From NCBI GenBank assembly GCA_038128265.1, contig JAYPJE010000057.1, positions 1-24,298 of the forward strand: 24,298 nucleotides of DNA. Reading direction: 5' to 3'. How positions within the stretch are numbered: the stretch's first letter is position 1; each line of letters begins with the position of its first letter. The translations under genes and the position numbers were made by a program. Source of the stretch: Gemmatimonadota bacterium. GTDB lineage: Bacteria; Latescibacterota; UBA2968; UBA8231. The notes below the pieces were generated by a model. The model was not told where the DNA came from. It was given only the letters and a program-made list of their open reading frames with translations, and ran no database searches. Positions 16,049 to 24,298 of this stretch are shown one piece after another.

Positions 16049-17740
16049 ATGCATCTAATTGTACCCGCGATATCCATCGCCCTAAGCGCCCTTTTCGCCT
16101 CGGCTAGCAGCGCCCAAGAGGACTATCCCTATGCCGCGCTTGACCCCAAGGCCTACGACCCGGCCGTCGATCCGCAGTACAGCCTATTTATCGGACATTG
16201 GCAAAACGCCATGCCGCGCCTCATGCACGGTTCGTTGGTCTTCCGCGATATCCTGACCAGCCTCGAAGGAGAAGACTCGCTGCACCCCACGCGCAAAAGC
16301 GCCGTACTGGTCTACAATAGCGCCATCAGCTACGCGACGCTGGAACCAGGCGCCAAGGCCGTGGGCCAGCCGCTTGAAAATCAGCAGCAGGTATTCTACG
16401 TCGACTCCGGCCAAGCCGTTCTGCGCTCGGGCAAGGCGACGCACACCGTGCAAAAGGGTGATGCCTTTATTGTGACGCCGAAGTTCGACTGGACGCTAGA
16501 CAATACCGGCCAAGAGCCGCTGGCCATGTACGCGCTGACCGAGCCGCTGCCCGATGGGTTTAAGCCCAATGAACAGCTCGTGGTGAAAAACCGCTTTGAA
16601 AACGACCTGTTTATGCGCGTGCACTGGTCGAATATCGATCGACCCATCATCGGCCAGGCCGAAGGTATGGCCAACTACCGCGGCCTGACCTTTGTCAATA
16701 TCGACGCCATGACCATGGCGCAGCCGCACAGCCACAACCCGGACGTCGAAGAGGCGTGGATTGCGCTAAAGGGCCAGACCAAGCTGCTGCTCGGCAAGCA
16801 GCTTTTTGACCTACCGCCCGGTTCGGCCTACAAGATTCCCGATAACGGCATGGCCGCTCATGCCCACATCAACATGACGGACGAGCCCATTCAGCTAATC
16901 CACATGATGAAGAACGTGCGCGGCGAGCGGCTCAAGTATTCGATGCTGCAGCCCGAGCAATTCGATCCGGCCACCGATCCGTCCATCGATATGTTTATCG
17001 GCGACTGGCGCCACTCCATGCCGCGCCTCATGCACAACGCCCTGGTATTTCGCGATATGCTCACCGAGCTGCAGGGACCCGACCAGCTACACCCTACGCG
17101 CAAGGGCGCCGTGCTGCTGCACGTGCAGGCGGTCAGCCGCGCCACCCTCGAGCCCGGCGCAACGGCCACGCCGTCGCCGATGGAGGGCATTCAACAGGTA
17201 TTCTACGTCGATTCCGGGCAGGGCATCATCGCCTCCGGCGAGCAGACGACAACTCTGCGCAAGGGCAGTAGCTTTATTATCGCGCCCGGCATTGACTTTA
17301 GCCTGCGCGCGACGAGCGAGGAGCCGCTGGCCATGTACGTGGTCACCGAGAAAGTGCCCGACGGCGCTGCGACCAACACATCGCTCTACGTGACGGACGG
17401 CTTTGAAAATCCCACCTTCATGCGCTACCACTGGGCCAATATCGACCGCAGCATCATCAGCAATGCCAATGGCATGGTTGCCTACCGCGGCCTGACCGCC
17501 GTACAGCTAGACGCCATGACCATGGCGCAGCCGCACAGCCACGGCGAAACGACCGAAGAAGTGTGGATTGCGCTCGAGGGCGATATCCACTTGCTGATGG
17601 GCAAAGAGCTGCGCGTGCTGCCCGTCGGCTCGGCCTACAAAGTCCCGGCCACGGGGCGGACGGCCCACTCCAATATCAACGCCTCCGATCAGCCGGTGCA
17701 GCTCATACACATGATGAATCCACGGCGCCGCAGTCGCTAA
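16049..17740 (+). CDS. Secreted cupin-domain protein made of two tandem bicupin units (~563 aa)
   Basis: GGGAG then ATG 16049. Signal peptide MHLIVPAISIALSALFASASSA-Q. The cupin metal motif QPHSH...EE.WIAL.G...GSAYK.P....AH..IN occurs twice. Confidence 0.85.
   Translation: MHLIVPAISIALSALFASASSAQEDYPYAALDPKAYDPAVDPQYSLFIGHWQNAMPRLMHGSLVFRDILTSLEGEDSLHPTRKSAVLVYNSAISYATLEPGAKAVGQPLENQQQVFYVDSGQAVLRSGKATHTVQKGDAFIVTPKFDWTLDNTGQEPLAMYALTEPLPDGFKPNEQLVVKNRFENDLFMRVHWSNIDRPIIGQAEGMANYRGLTFVNIDAMTMAQPHSHNPDVEEAWIALKGQTKLLLGKQLFDLPPGSAYKIPDNGMAAHAHINMTDEPIQLIHMMKNVRGERLKYSMLQPEQFDPATDPSIDMFIGDWRHSMPRLMHNALVFRDMLTELQGPDQLHPTRKGAVLLHVQAVSRATLEPGATATPSPMEGIQQVFYVDSGQGIIASGEQTTTLRKGSSFIIAPGIDFSLRATSEEPLAMYVVTEKVPDGAATNTSLYVTDGFENPTFMRYHWANIDRSIISNANGMVAYRGLTAVQLDAMTMAQPHSHGETTEEVWIALEGDIHLLMGKELRVLPVGSAYKVPATGRTAHSNINASDQPVQLIHMMNPRRRSR
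16130..17720 (+). repeat. Intragenic tandem duplication, period 807 bp (269 codons)
   Basis: ATGCCGCGCCTCATGCAC at 16211 and 17018. The 33-bp block GACGCCATGACCATGGCGCAGCCGCACAGCCAC is identical at 16703 and 17510. Both offsets equal 807. Confidence 0.92.
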
Positions 17741-17772
17741 GCGCGCGGCAGCGACCAGAGAGAGGAACGACG

Positions 17773-18969
17773 ATGTATACACCTATTGCGAATGGAACGA
17801 TCCACGGCGCGCGGCGCGTTGCCGCCCTGTGCGCCCTCATACTGAGCACGTTCGTCGCCTGTGGCGGCGGCGACCCGCAGCAGGATGCTCCACGGGCACA
17901 GCAGGCGGCTAGCAGTGGACCGCAGATCGTGTCCGGGCCGGGGTATATGCCCGAGTGCTTTAAGCCGTGGAGCGAAGACACCAAGTACTTTCAGTGGCCG
18001 GCGCGCAACGGTCCGTTTCGCGTAGCGCTGGTCAACGGCTACGTGGGCAACGCCTGGCGCATCCAAATGATTAAGACGGCCAAAGCCTTTGCCAAGGATC
18101 CGTCCATAGCGCCCATGCTGAAAGAGTTCAAGGTCGTGTCGACGGGCACCGACATCGCCGCACAGCTCGGCGCCATCGAGGATTTTATCAACCAGGGGTA
18201 CGATGCCATCATCACCATAGCCGTCAGCCCGCAGGGCTTTGACCGCGTCATTCGCCTGGCCAACCGCCAGGGTGTGGTCATCGTGCCCTTCGACAACGTG
18301 CTCGACACCGAAGACGTCATCCAGGTCAACGAAGACCAGCTGGATATGGGGCGTATGTGGGGCGCGTTTATCGACGAGCGTCTCAAGGGCCAGGGCAAGG
18401 TCTTGGAGGTGCGCGGTCTGCAGGGCAACTCGACCGATCGCGACCGCCACATCGGCTTCCGCGAAATTATGGAAGCACCCGGCAAGGACTACCAGATCAT
18501 AGAGGTCGTCGGCAACTGGGACGACGGACAGGCGCAAAAGGCCGTGGCCAACGCGCTGGCCACGCACGGCCAGTTCGACGCGCTCTTTGTGCAGGGCGGT
18601 TCCACCGGTGCCGTGCGCGCGCTGCTCGACGCCGGCCACCCGCCCATTCCCGTCGCTACCGAAGGTGAGAACGGCGTGCGCAAGCTCATCGCGCAGCACC
18701 ACGCAGCGGGCATGGAGGGCCTGTCGTTGGGCCAGTCGCCGGCCCTGGCGGCCATCGCCATGAAAGCGGCCATCGAGGCGCTGCAGGGCAAGGTCGTTCC
18801 GCAGCTGATCAGCGTGCCCATTCCAGGCGACGACCACACCACGCTCGAGGATGGGGTCAGCTACTACTCCGATATGTCGGACGATTTCTTTACGGCCAAC
18901 ACCTTTCCGCCCTGCGGCGTCAATATCTCGGGCGTCGACATTATGAACGAAAATCTCGACGGCGAATAG
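17773..18969 (+). CDS. Sugar ABC transporter substrate-binding lipoprotein (RbsB/LacI-like)
   Basis: GAGG RBS before ATG 17773. Lipobox-like STFVA-C. VALVNGYVGNAWRIQM, QGYDAII, VIVPFD, GKVLEVRGLQG and VGNWD motifs. Confidence 0.9.
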   Translation: MYTPIANGTIHGARRVAALCALILSTFVACGGGDPQQDAPRAQQAASSGPQIVSGPGYMPECFKPWSEDTKYFQWPARNGPFRVALVNGYVGNAWRIQMIKTAKAFAKDPSIAPMLKEFKVVSTGTDIAAQLGAIEDFINQGYDAIITIAVSPQGFDRVIRLANRQGVVIVPFDNVLDTEDVIQVNEDQLDMGRMWGAFIDERLKGQGKVLEVRGLQGNSTDRDRHIGFREIMEAPGKDYQIIEVVGNWDDGQAQKAVANALATHGQFDALFVQGGSTGAVRALLDAGHPPIPVATEGENGVRKLIAQHHAAGMEGLSLGQSPALAAIAMKAAIEALQGKVVPQLISVPIPGDDHTTLEDGVSYYSDMSDDFFTANTFPPCGVNISGVDIMNENLDGE

Positions 18970-18975
18970 GAGCAG

Positions 18976-20511
18976 ATGACGGCCGTAAACCCCGCCCCTT
19001 TTCTACGCCTGCGCGGCATCGCCAAGCGCTACGGCGGCGTAACCGCACTCGACGGCGTAGACTTTAGCTGTGCGGCGGGCACGATCCACGCCATCCTCGG
19101 CGAAAACGGCGCGGGCAAAAGCACGCTCATCAAGATTATCTCCGGCGTCGTCCAGCCCGATGCCGGAGACATCCTTCTGGGCGATGCACCGGTGCGCTTC
19201 GCCCACCCCGTCGAGGCCAACGACGCCGGCATCGTCTGTATTTTTCAGGAGCTTTCCCTGCTGCCCACGCTGTCGGTGGAGGAAAATATCGCCATTGGAC
19301 AGGCGGGCGGACGCGGCGGCCTGCTCGACCGCAAAACGCAGCGGCGCAGAGCAGAACAGCTGCTGGCACGCGTCGGCTGCGAGGATATCGACCCGCGCGA
19401 GTGGGTTGGCGACCTGTCGCTGTCGCGCCGGCAGATGGTCGAGATTGCCAAGGCACTGGGCAAAAATCCCCGCCTGCTCATTCTCGACGAGGCGACGTCC
19501 GCCCTGACCAGCGCCGACGTCGAGCGCGTATTTGACCTGCTCAAAAAGCTGCGCGACGAACATCTGGCGCTGCTCTACATATCGCACCGCATGCACGAGA
19601 TCAGAGCGCTAGCCGATGTGCTGAGCGTCTTTCGCAACGGCCAGCACATCGAGACCTTTGCCAAGGGCGCGCGCACCGACGAAGAGATCGTGCAGCTGAT
19701 GATTGGCCGCGACATCGAGCAAACCTTTCCGCCCAAACCCAGCTCAGACGAAAGCCGCGCACCGATTTTAGAAGTCGAAAGCCTGTGCTGGGAAGACCAG
19801 CTCGACGATGTATCTCTCGCGCTCGGCAGGGGCGAAATCCTCGGCTTGGGCGGCCTCGATGGACAGGGCCAAAAGGAGTTCCTACTGGCCCTCTTCGGCG
19901 CACTTAAAGACGTCCGCGGCACCGTGCGCATCGACGGGCGCGAAGCCAATATTGACGGGCCGCAGACCGCCAAAAGCGATGCGCTCGGCCTGGCGCTGGT
20001 GCCAGAGGACCGCAAGACCGAAGGCCTCATACTGCCGATGGGCGTCGGCGCCAACCTCTCGCTGGCATCGCTCGACCGCCTCAAAAAGGGCCTCGTCGTC
20101 GATACGACCAGCGAGGGCGAACGCATAGCGCAGATGCTGCATCAACTGCAGATCAAGATAGGCCGCGTCGAAGACGCCGTCTCTTCTCTATCGGGCGGCA
20201 ACCAGCAAAAGGTCGTGCTGGCCAAATGGCTGATGACCGGCCCGAGAATTCTCATGCTCAACGACCCAACGCGCGGCATCGACGTAGGCACCAAGGAAGA
20301 GCTCTACCAGCTTTTTCGCGCGCTGGCCGACGGCGGCACCTCCATCCTTCTCTACAGCACCGATTACGACGAATTGGTCGGCCTGTGCGACCGCGTGATG
20401 ATCTTTTATCAGGGGCGCATCGTCCGCCAACTGCAGGGCGATCAGATCAGCGAGACCAATATCGTAGCCAGCGCGCTCAACATCGGCACCCACGCGCCGG
20501 AGACCTCGTGA
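18976..20511 (+). CDS. Sugar ABC transporter ATP-binding protein (RbsA/MglA-like, two ABC domains)
   Basis: Walker A GENGAGKST, LLILDEATSAL, YISHR, VPEDRKTEG, LSGGNQQKVVLAKW and NDPTRGIDVG. Confidence 0.95.
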   Translation: MTAVNPAPFLRLRGIAKRYGGVTALDGVDFSCAAGTIHAILGENGAGKSTLIKIISGVVQPDAGDILLGDAPVRFAHPVEANDAGIVCIFQELSLLPTLSVEENIAIGQAGGRGGLLDRKTQRRRAEQLLARVGCEDIDPREWVGDLSLSRRQMVEIAKALGKNPRLLILDEATSALTSADVERVFDLLKKLRDEHLALLYISHRMHEIRALADVLSVFRNGQHIETFAKGARTDEEIVQLMIGRDIEQTFPPKPSSDESRAPILEVESLCWEDQLDDVSLALGRGEILGLGGLDGQGQKEFLLALFGALKDVRGTVRIDGREANIDGPQTAKSDALGLALVPEDRKTEGLILPMGVGANLSLASLDRLKKGLVVDTTSEGERIAQMLHQLQIKIGRVEDAVSSLSGGNQQKVVLAKWLMTGPRILMLNDPTRGIDVGTKEELYQLFRALADGGTSILLYSTDYDELVGLCDRVMIFYQGRIVRQLQGDQISETNIVASALNIGTHAPETS

Positions 20512-21563
20512 AGCACTGGCGCCTTTACATCCGGCACAACCAGGGCCTGCTGATGGCCATCGCCCTATTCGCCCTGTTCTACGGCGCCTATTCGCTGCAG
20601 CATCCGCAGGGCTTCACGGCTGCCCTATTCAACCAGAACAGCAACGAGTGCTTTGCGCTGGCCATGGCGGCCATGGCACAGACCATACCCGTGTTGACCG
20701 GTGGCCTCGACCTGTCGGTCGGCGCCGTGATGACGCTGGTCAACTGCTTGGCCTCCGAGCTGCTGGGCGGCACAGGTATAGCCAATGTATTGGGCATTGG
20801 CGCCTGCCTGCTAGCCGGCCTGCTGTGCGGCTTGGCCAACGGCTGTCTGGTCGTCTACGGTCGGCTGCAACCCATTATCGCCACGCTGGCCTCGAGCGCC
20901 GTCTTTATCGGCCTGGCGCTCTTTTTGCGCCCCGCGCCGGGTGGCGCGATCAACGGCGGTCTGGCCTTTGCCCTGACCTTCGACCTCAACGAGGCGCTGG
21001 TGGCCTCCGGTTCGGGCGCGCTAACGGGTCCGCTCAGCGCGGCGGGCCACATACCCACCACGGCGCTCTTCGCCCTGCTCATGGCCGGCCTCTGGCTCTA
21101 CTTCAAGCGCACGCGCTACGGACTCGAGACCTACGCGGTCGGCGCCTCGGCCGAAGCGGCCTATATGAGCGGCGTGCGCGTGCAGCGCGTTCGCCTGATC
21201 GCCTACGGCCTCTCGGGCTTTTTCGCCGGCGTCGGCGGCCTGTTTCTCGCCCTGCAAACCGGCGCTGGCAACGCCGATATTCCGCAGGCCAATGCCTACA
21301 CGCTCAACTCCATCGCCGCCGTGGTCATTGGCGGCACCTCGCTCTATGGCGGGGCCGGTGGTGCCATCGGCTCGCTCTTTGGCGCGCTCGTGCTGCGCGC
21401 CATCGCCTTCAATTTTCGCGTTATCGCCGAGGATTCGGCGCTCGGCTTTCTCGCCAACCCCCTCTACCAGCCGCTGGTCGAGGGCCTGGTGCTGTTGGGC
21501 GCCGTATCGCTGGGTGCCATCTGGGTGTTTCGCGTCAAAAACAAGCTGCTGGTCTTCAAATGA
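20508..21563 (+). CDS. Sugar ABC transporter permease (RbsC-like)
   Basis: GTGA overlap with the ATPase stop. TGGLDLSVGA, LQPIIATLA, YAVG...AAYMSGV and SIAAVVIGGTSLYGG motifs; multiple hydrophobic helices. Confidence 0.92.
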   Translation: MKHWRLYIRHNQGLLMAIALFALFYGAYSLQHPQGFTAALFNQNSNECFALAMAAMAQTIPVLTGGLDLSVGAVMTLVNCLASELLGGTGIANVLGIGACLLAGLLCGLANGCLVVYGRLQPIIATLASSAVFIGLALFLRPAPGGAINGGLAFALTFDLNEALVASGSGALTGPLSAAGHIPTTALFALLMAGLWLYFKRTRYGLETYAVGASAEAAYMSGVRVQRVRLIAYGLSGFFAGVGGLFLALQTGAGNADIPQANAYTLNSIAAVVIGGTSLYGGAGGAIGSLFGALVLRAIAFNFRVIAEDSALGFLANPLYQPLVEGLVLLGAVSLGAIWVFRVKNKLLVFK

Positions 21564-22525
21564 GCGCGCTGACCGACGCCCTGCGCGCGTGCGCGCAGCA
21601 CACCGAAAAATCGGTCTGGTACACGCTGGCCTCCATTGGCCTCATACTGCTACTGGGCTCGGTCTACACGCTGAGCACCAGCGGCACGCTGAGCTTTCTC
21701 ACGCCCACATACCTGCTGCAGCAGCTGAAGATCGCCTCTTTCTTGGGCGTGGCGGCCACCGGCATGATGCTGGTTATCTTGCTTGGACACATCGACCTTT
21801 CCCTGCCCTGGACGCTGGCGACGAGCGCTATGTTGGCCACGGCGCTGGGCGGCTGGGTGGCCCTGCCCTATGGACTGTGCATCGGTGCGCTCATCGGGCT
21901 ACTCAACGGGTTGGGCGTCGCCTTTCTGCGCGTGCCGTCGATGATCTTCACCCTCGGCGTCAACACCGTGCTCAAAGGCCTCATGGTCGTCTTTACCGGC
22001 GGCTTTGCGCCGCGCAGCGAAGCGCCCGCATGGATGGAAGGGCTCGCCGTCGGCAGCGCGCTGGGCATGCCCAATGCGCTCTTCGCCTGGATCGCCGTCG
22101 GGACCGGTGCCGTCTTCATTCTGCAGCGCACGCCCTTTGGCCGCTACGTATACGCCGTGGGCAATCAGGAGCGCGCCGTTTTTCTATCCGGTATTCGGAC
22201 CCAGTGGATCGTCGTCGGCGCATTCGTGCTGTGCGGCATTTGCTCGGCCCTAACCGGCATGATGCTGGCCGGCTTTTCGCACAAGGCCTATCAGGCCATG
22301 GGCGACGACTATCTGATGCCGGCCATCGCCGCCGTAGTCATCGGCGGCACGAATATTCTCGGCGGGCGCGGCACCTATTTGGGCACGGTGCTCGGCACCC
22401 TCACCATCGTGCTGCTATCGAGCATGCTGTCCGTTATGCAGATGCCCGAGGCTGGACGTCAAATCATATACGGCGCCGTGATCATTAGCATGCTGCTGGT
22501 CTATGGCCGTCAGCAAGAACACTGA
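21560..22525 (+). CDS. Sugar ABC transporter permease (RbsC-like)
   Basis: ATGA overlap with the upstream stop. ILLGHIDLS, VPSMIFTLG, RTPFGRYVYAVGN and IAAVVIGGTNILGGRG motifs. Confidence 0.92.
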   Translation: MSALTDALRACAQHTEKSVWYTLASIGLILLLGSVYTLSTSGTLSFLTPTYLLQQLKIASFLGVAATGMMLVILLGHIDLSLPWTLATSAMLATALGGWVALPYGLCIGALIGLLNGLGVAFLRVPSMIFTLGVNTVLKGLMVVFTGGFAPRSEAPAWMEGLAVGSALGMPNALFAWIAVGTGAVFILQRTPFGRYVYAVGNQERAVFLSGIRTQWIVVGAFVLCGICSALTGMMLAGFSHKAYQAMGDDYLMPAIAAVVIGGTNILGGRGTYLGTVLGTLTIVLLSSMLSVMQMPEAGRQIIYGAVIISMLLVYGRQQEH

Positions 22526-22556
22526 GCGCATTTTACTCATAGAAGGGATTCGTGCA

Positions 22557-23444
22557 ATGAGTGCAGAAATCAGAGACGAGCGCTTTGGCCAGGTCGTCGG
22601 TGGCGATGCGGCATTAGAGCAAGTAGCCACCGGCTTTATGTTCACCGAAGGCGCCATGTGGAACGGCGCGACCGACGAGCTGATCTTCAGCGATATTCCA
22701 GGCGACACCATGCACGCCTGGTCGGCTGACGGCGGCGTGCGCGTCTATCGCCAGCCCAGCGCCAAGACCAACGGCAACTACTTCGACCGGCAGGGACGCC
22801 TCATTTCGTGCGAACACGTCAACAGCCGCGTGGTGCGCGAAGAAGCCGACGGAACGCTCTCCGTGCTGGCCAGCCACTACGGCGATAAGGAGCTCAACAG
22901 TCCCAACGACGTGGTTGTTACCTCGAGCGGCGCGATCTACTTCACCGATCCAACCTACGGCCGCATGGCCGGCCCCGGACTTGAGCGCGAACAGGACCTC
23001 GACTTTCAGGGGGTCTATCGCATCGATCCAGCATCGGGCGAACTGGCGCTGCTGGCCTCCGACTTTCAGCAGCCCAACGGCCTGACGTTTTCGCTCGACG
23101 AAAAGCGGCTCTTTGTCAACGACACGGACGGCGGTCACATCCGCGTCTTCGACGTAGCCGCCGACGGCAGTCTGTCCGATGGTTCAGTCTGGGCCGTACC
23201 CGAAGCCGACGGAGACGGCGTGCCCGACGGCATGAAAATCGACAGCGCGGGCAACCTCTACTGCACCGGCCCGGGCGGCCTGCACGTCTACGCGCCGGAT
23301 GCAACCTGCCTCGGCCTCATTCGCGTGCCCGAGGTAGCGGCCAACTTCACCTGGGGCGATGCCGATCTACAGACGGTCTATATCACCGCCTCGACGTCCA
23401 TCTATCGCACGCGCGTGGCCGTGCCGGGGCGCCGCATTTCCTAG
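22557..23444 (+). CDS. SMP-30/gluconolactonase/LRE family protein
   Basis: AAGGGA then ATG 22557. ATGFMFTEGAMW, LIFSDIP, NSPNDV, YFTDP, QPNGLTFS and PDGMKIDSAGNLY motifs. No signal peptide. Confidence 0.92.
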   Translation: MSAEIRDERFGQVVGGDAALEQVATGFMFTEGAMWNGATDELIFSDIPGDTMHAWSADGGVRVYRQPSAKTNGNYFDRQGRLISCEHVNSRVVREEADGTLSVLASHYGDKELNSPNDVVVTSSGAIYFTDPTYGRMAGPGLEREQDLDFQGVYRIDPASGELALLASDFQQPNGLTFSLDEKRLFVNDTDGGHIRVFDVAADGSLSDGSVWAVPEADGDGVPDGMKIDSAGNLYCTGPGGLHVYAPDATCLGLIRVPEVAANFTWGDADLQTVYITASTSIYRTRVAVPGRRIS

Positions 23445-23450
23445 CGTCGC

Positions 23451-23483
23451 GGGAGAGCCGTGTGGTCGTCACGCCGCTCTCCC
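23451..23483 (+). other. Intergenic GC-rich stem-loop without U tail
   Basis: GGGAGAGC (23451-23458) pairs with GCTCTCCC (23476-23483); inner CGTG/CACG stem. It lies just after the lactonase stop. Confidence 0.4.
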
Positions 23484-23519
23484 ACACGCGTTCACTGCCC
23501 ACGCACACAGGAGCCCATT

Positions 23520-24298
23520 ATGACCGACCGCGCCGAAGACAACGTCCGCTCGCACTCGCGCCCTTCCGAACTAAAAATCACCGATATGCGCATCGTTAGC
23601 GGCGTGGCGCGCGCGCCCATCGGCCCACACGGCAGCCGCATGCGCTCGACGATCATTCGCCTGGATACCAACCAAGGCATCAGCGGCTACGGCGAAGTGC
23701 GCGACGGCGGCAGCGAAACCTATGCGCTCATGCTAAAGAGTCGCCTCCTCGGCGAAAACCCCTGCAACGTCGACAAGCTCTTCCGCAAGATAAAGCAGTT
23801 CGGCTACCACGGGCGCCAGGCCGGTGGCGTCTGCGGCATTGAAATGGCGCTGATGGATCTGGCCGGCAAGGCCTACGGCGTGCCCGCCTACCAGCTAGCC
23901 GGCGGCAAGTTTCGCGACCAGATCCTCTGCTACTGCGACACGCCTTCCGAAATGGACGGCAAGGCGATGGGCCAACGGCTGAAGGAGCGCATGGCCATGG
24001 GCTTTACGTTCTTGAAGATGGACGTCGGCATCGGCCTGCTGCAGGGCGTTAAAGACGCGCTCGTCGCCCCGCCCAATATGCTGGGAACGCGCGACGTCAT
24101 GCATCCCTTTACCGGCATTCAAATCACCGAAAAAGGGATCGATATCCTCTGTCAGTATGTCGCCGACGTGCGCGGCGAGATCGGCTATGAGGTGCCGCTG
24201 GCCGTCGATCACTTTGGCCATATCGGCATCGAGTCGTGCATTCGCTTGGGCAAGGCGCTGGATCGGTTTTCGCTGGCCTGGTACGAGGATATGATACC
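23520..24298 (+). CDS. Mandelate racemase/muconate lactonizing enzyme family protein (acid-sugar dehydratase-like); 3' end runs off the window
   Basis: Not in the ORF track; translated by hand. AGGAG then ATG 23520: MTDRAEDNVRSHSRPSELKITDMR...IIRLDTNQGISGYGEVRDG...LLGENPCNV...GIEMALMDLAGKAYGVPAYQLAGGKFRD...FLKMD...LAVDHFGH...LAWYEDMI. Confidence 0.9.
   Translation, partial: MTDRAEDNVRSHSRPSELKITDMRIVSGVARAPIGPHGSRMRSTIIRLDTNQGISGYGEVRDGGSETYALMLKSRLLGENPCNVDKLFRKIKQFGYHGRQAGGVCGIEMALMDLAGKAYGVPAYQLAGGKFRDQILCYCDTPSEMDGKAMGQRLKERMAMGFTFLKMDVGIGLLQGVKDALVAPPNMLGTRDVMHPFTGIQITEKGIDILCQYVADVRGEIGYEVPLAVDHFGHIGIESCIRLGKALDRFSLAWYEDMI

Noticed and set aside
16130..17720. Repeated 20-33-bp blocks considered as CRISPR repeats or a DGR template/variable repeat pair
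   Set aside because: There are only two copies, in frame within one protein. Differences are not adenine-specific, and no cas or reverse transcriptase gene is present.
17563..17772. Long N-terminal extension of the binding-protein ORF (468 aa)
   Set aside because: It overlaps the cupin gene; the RBS and lipoprotein signal support ATG 17773.
17737..18837. 366-aa antisense ORF, and many similar shorter antisense ORFs across the window
   Set aside because: Shadow ORFs of GC-rich coding sequence opposite well-supported genes, with no motifs.
20257..20290. Walker B variant LNDPTRG in the second ABC domain
   Set aside because: Partial degeneracy of one domain is usual in RbsA/MglA-type double-domain ATPases and is not evidence of a pseudogene.
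20226..22525. Overlapping 445-, 625- and 398-aa ORFs suggesting fusions or frameshifting
   Set aside because: Explained by two ordinary permeases with GTGA and ATGA start/stop overlaps. The extensions are Arg/Pro-rich off-frame readings.
1..24298. Mobile element, prophage, defence system, rRNA, tRNA or riboswitch
   Set aside because: No such motifs were recognised and intergenic regions are short. A covariance-model search would be needed to exclude small structured RNAs.

Overview
A gene-dense, GC-rich bacterial window with 20 probable CDSs and no recognisable rRNA, tRNA, CRISPR array, transposase or integrase. (1) 1-5088, minus strand: three exported proteins of unknown function. They are a discoidin-like protein ending in a CHU_C/FlgD-Ig, T9SS-like C-terminal domain; an ~887-aa putative outer-membrane beta-rich protein with Asp/Asn-rich loops; and a truncated CBM9/DOMON-like protein that the ORF track missed. 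(2) 5344-9843: a stand-alone CinA/PncC, then a divergent block with a galactonate-dehydratase-like enolase, a PhyH-type dioxygenase with an atypical H-x-G motif, a Gfo/Idh/MocA oxidoreductase and a KanJ-like dioxygenase. (3) 9863-12647, minus strand: DUF1015, a sugar-phosphate isomerase/epimerase and a HAD hydrolase. (4) 12811-end, plus strand: YghX-like dienelactone hydrolase, PQQ dehydrogenase with an inserted cytochrome c, a secreted four-cupin protein built from an 807-bp tandem duplication, a sugar ABC transporter, a gluconolactonase and a second, truncated enolase-family dehydratase. The gene content resembles FCB-group candidate phyla such as Latescibacterota, but that is an impression only. 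All family calls come from motif recognition by eye, not from database searches.
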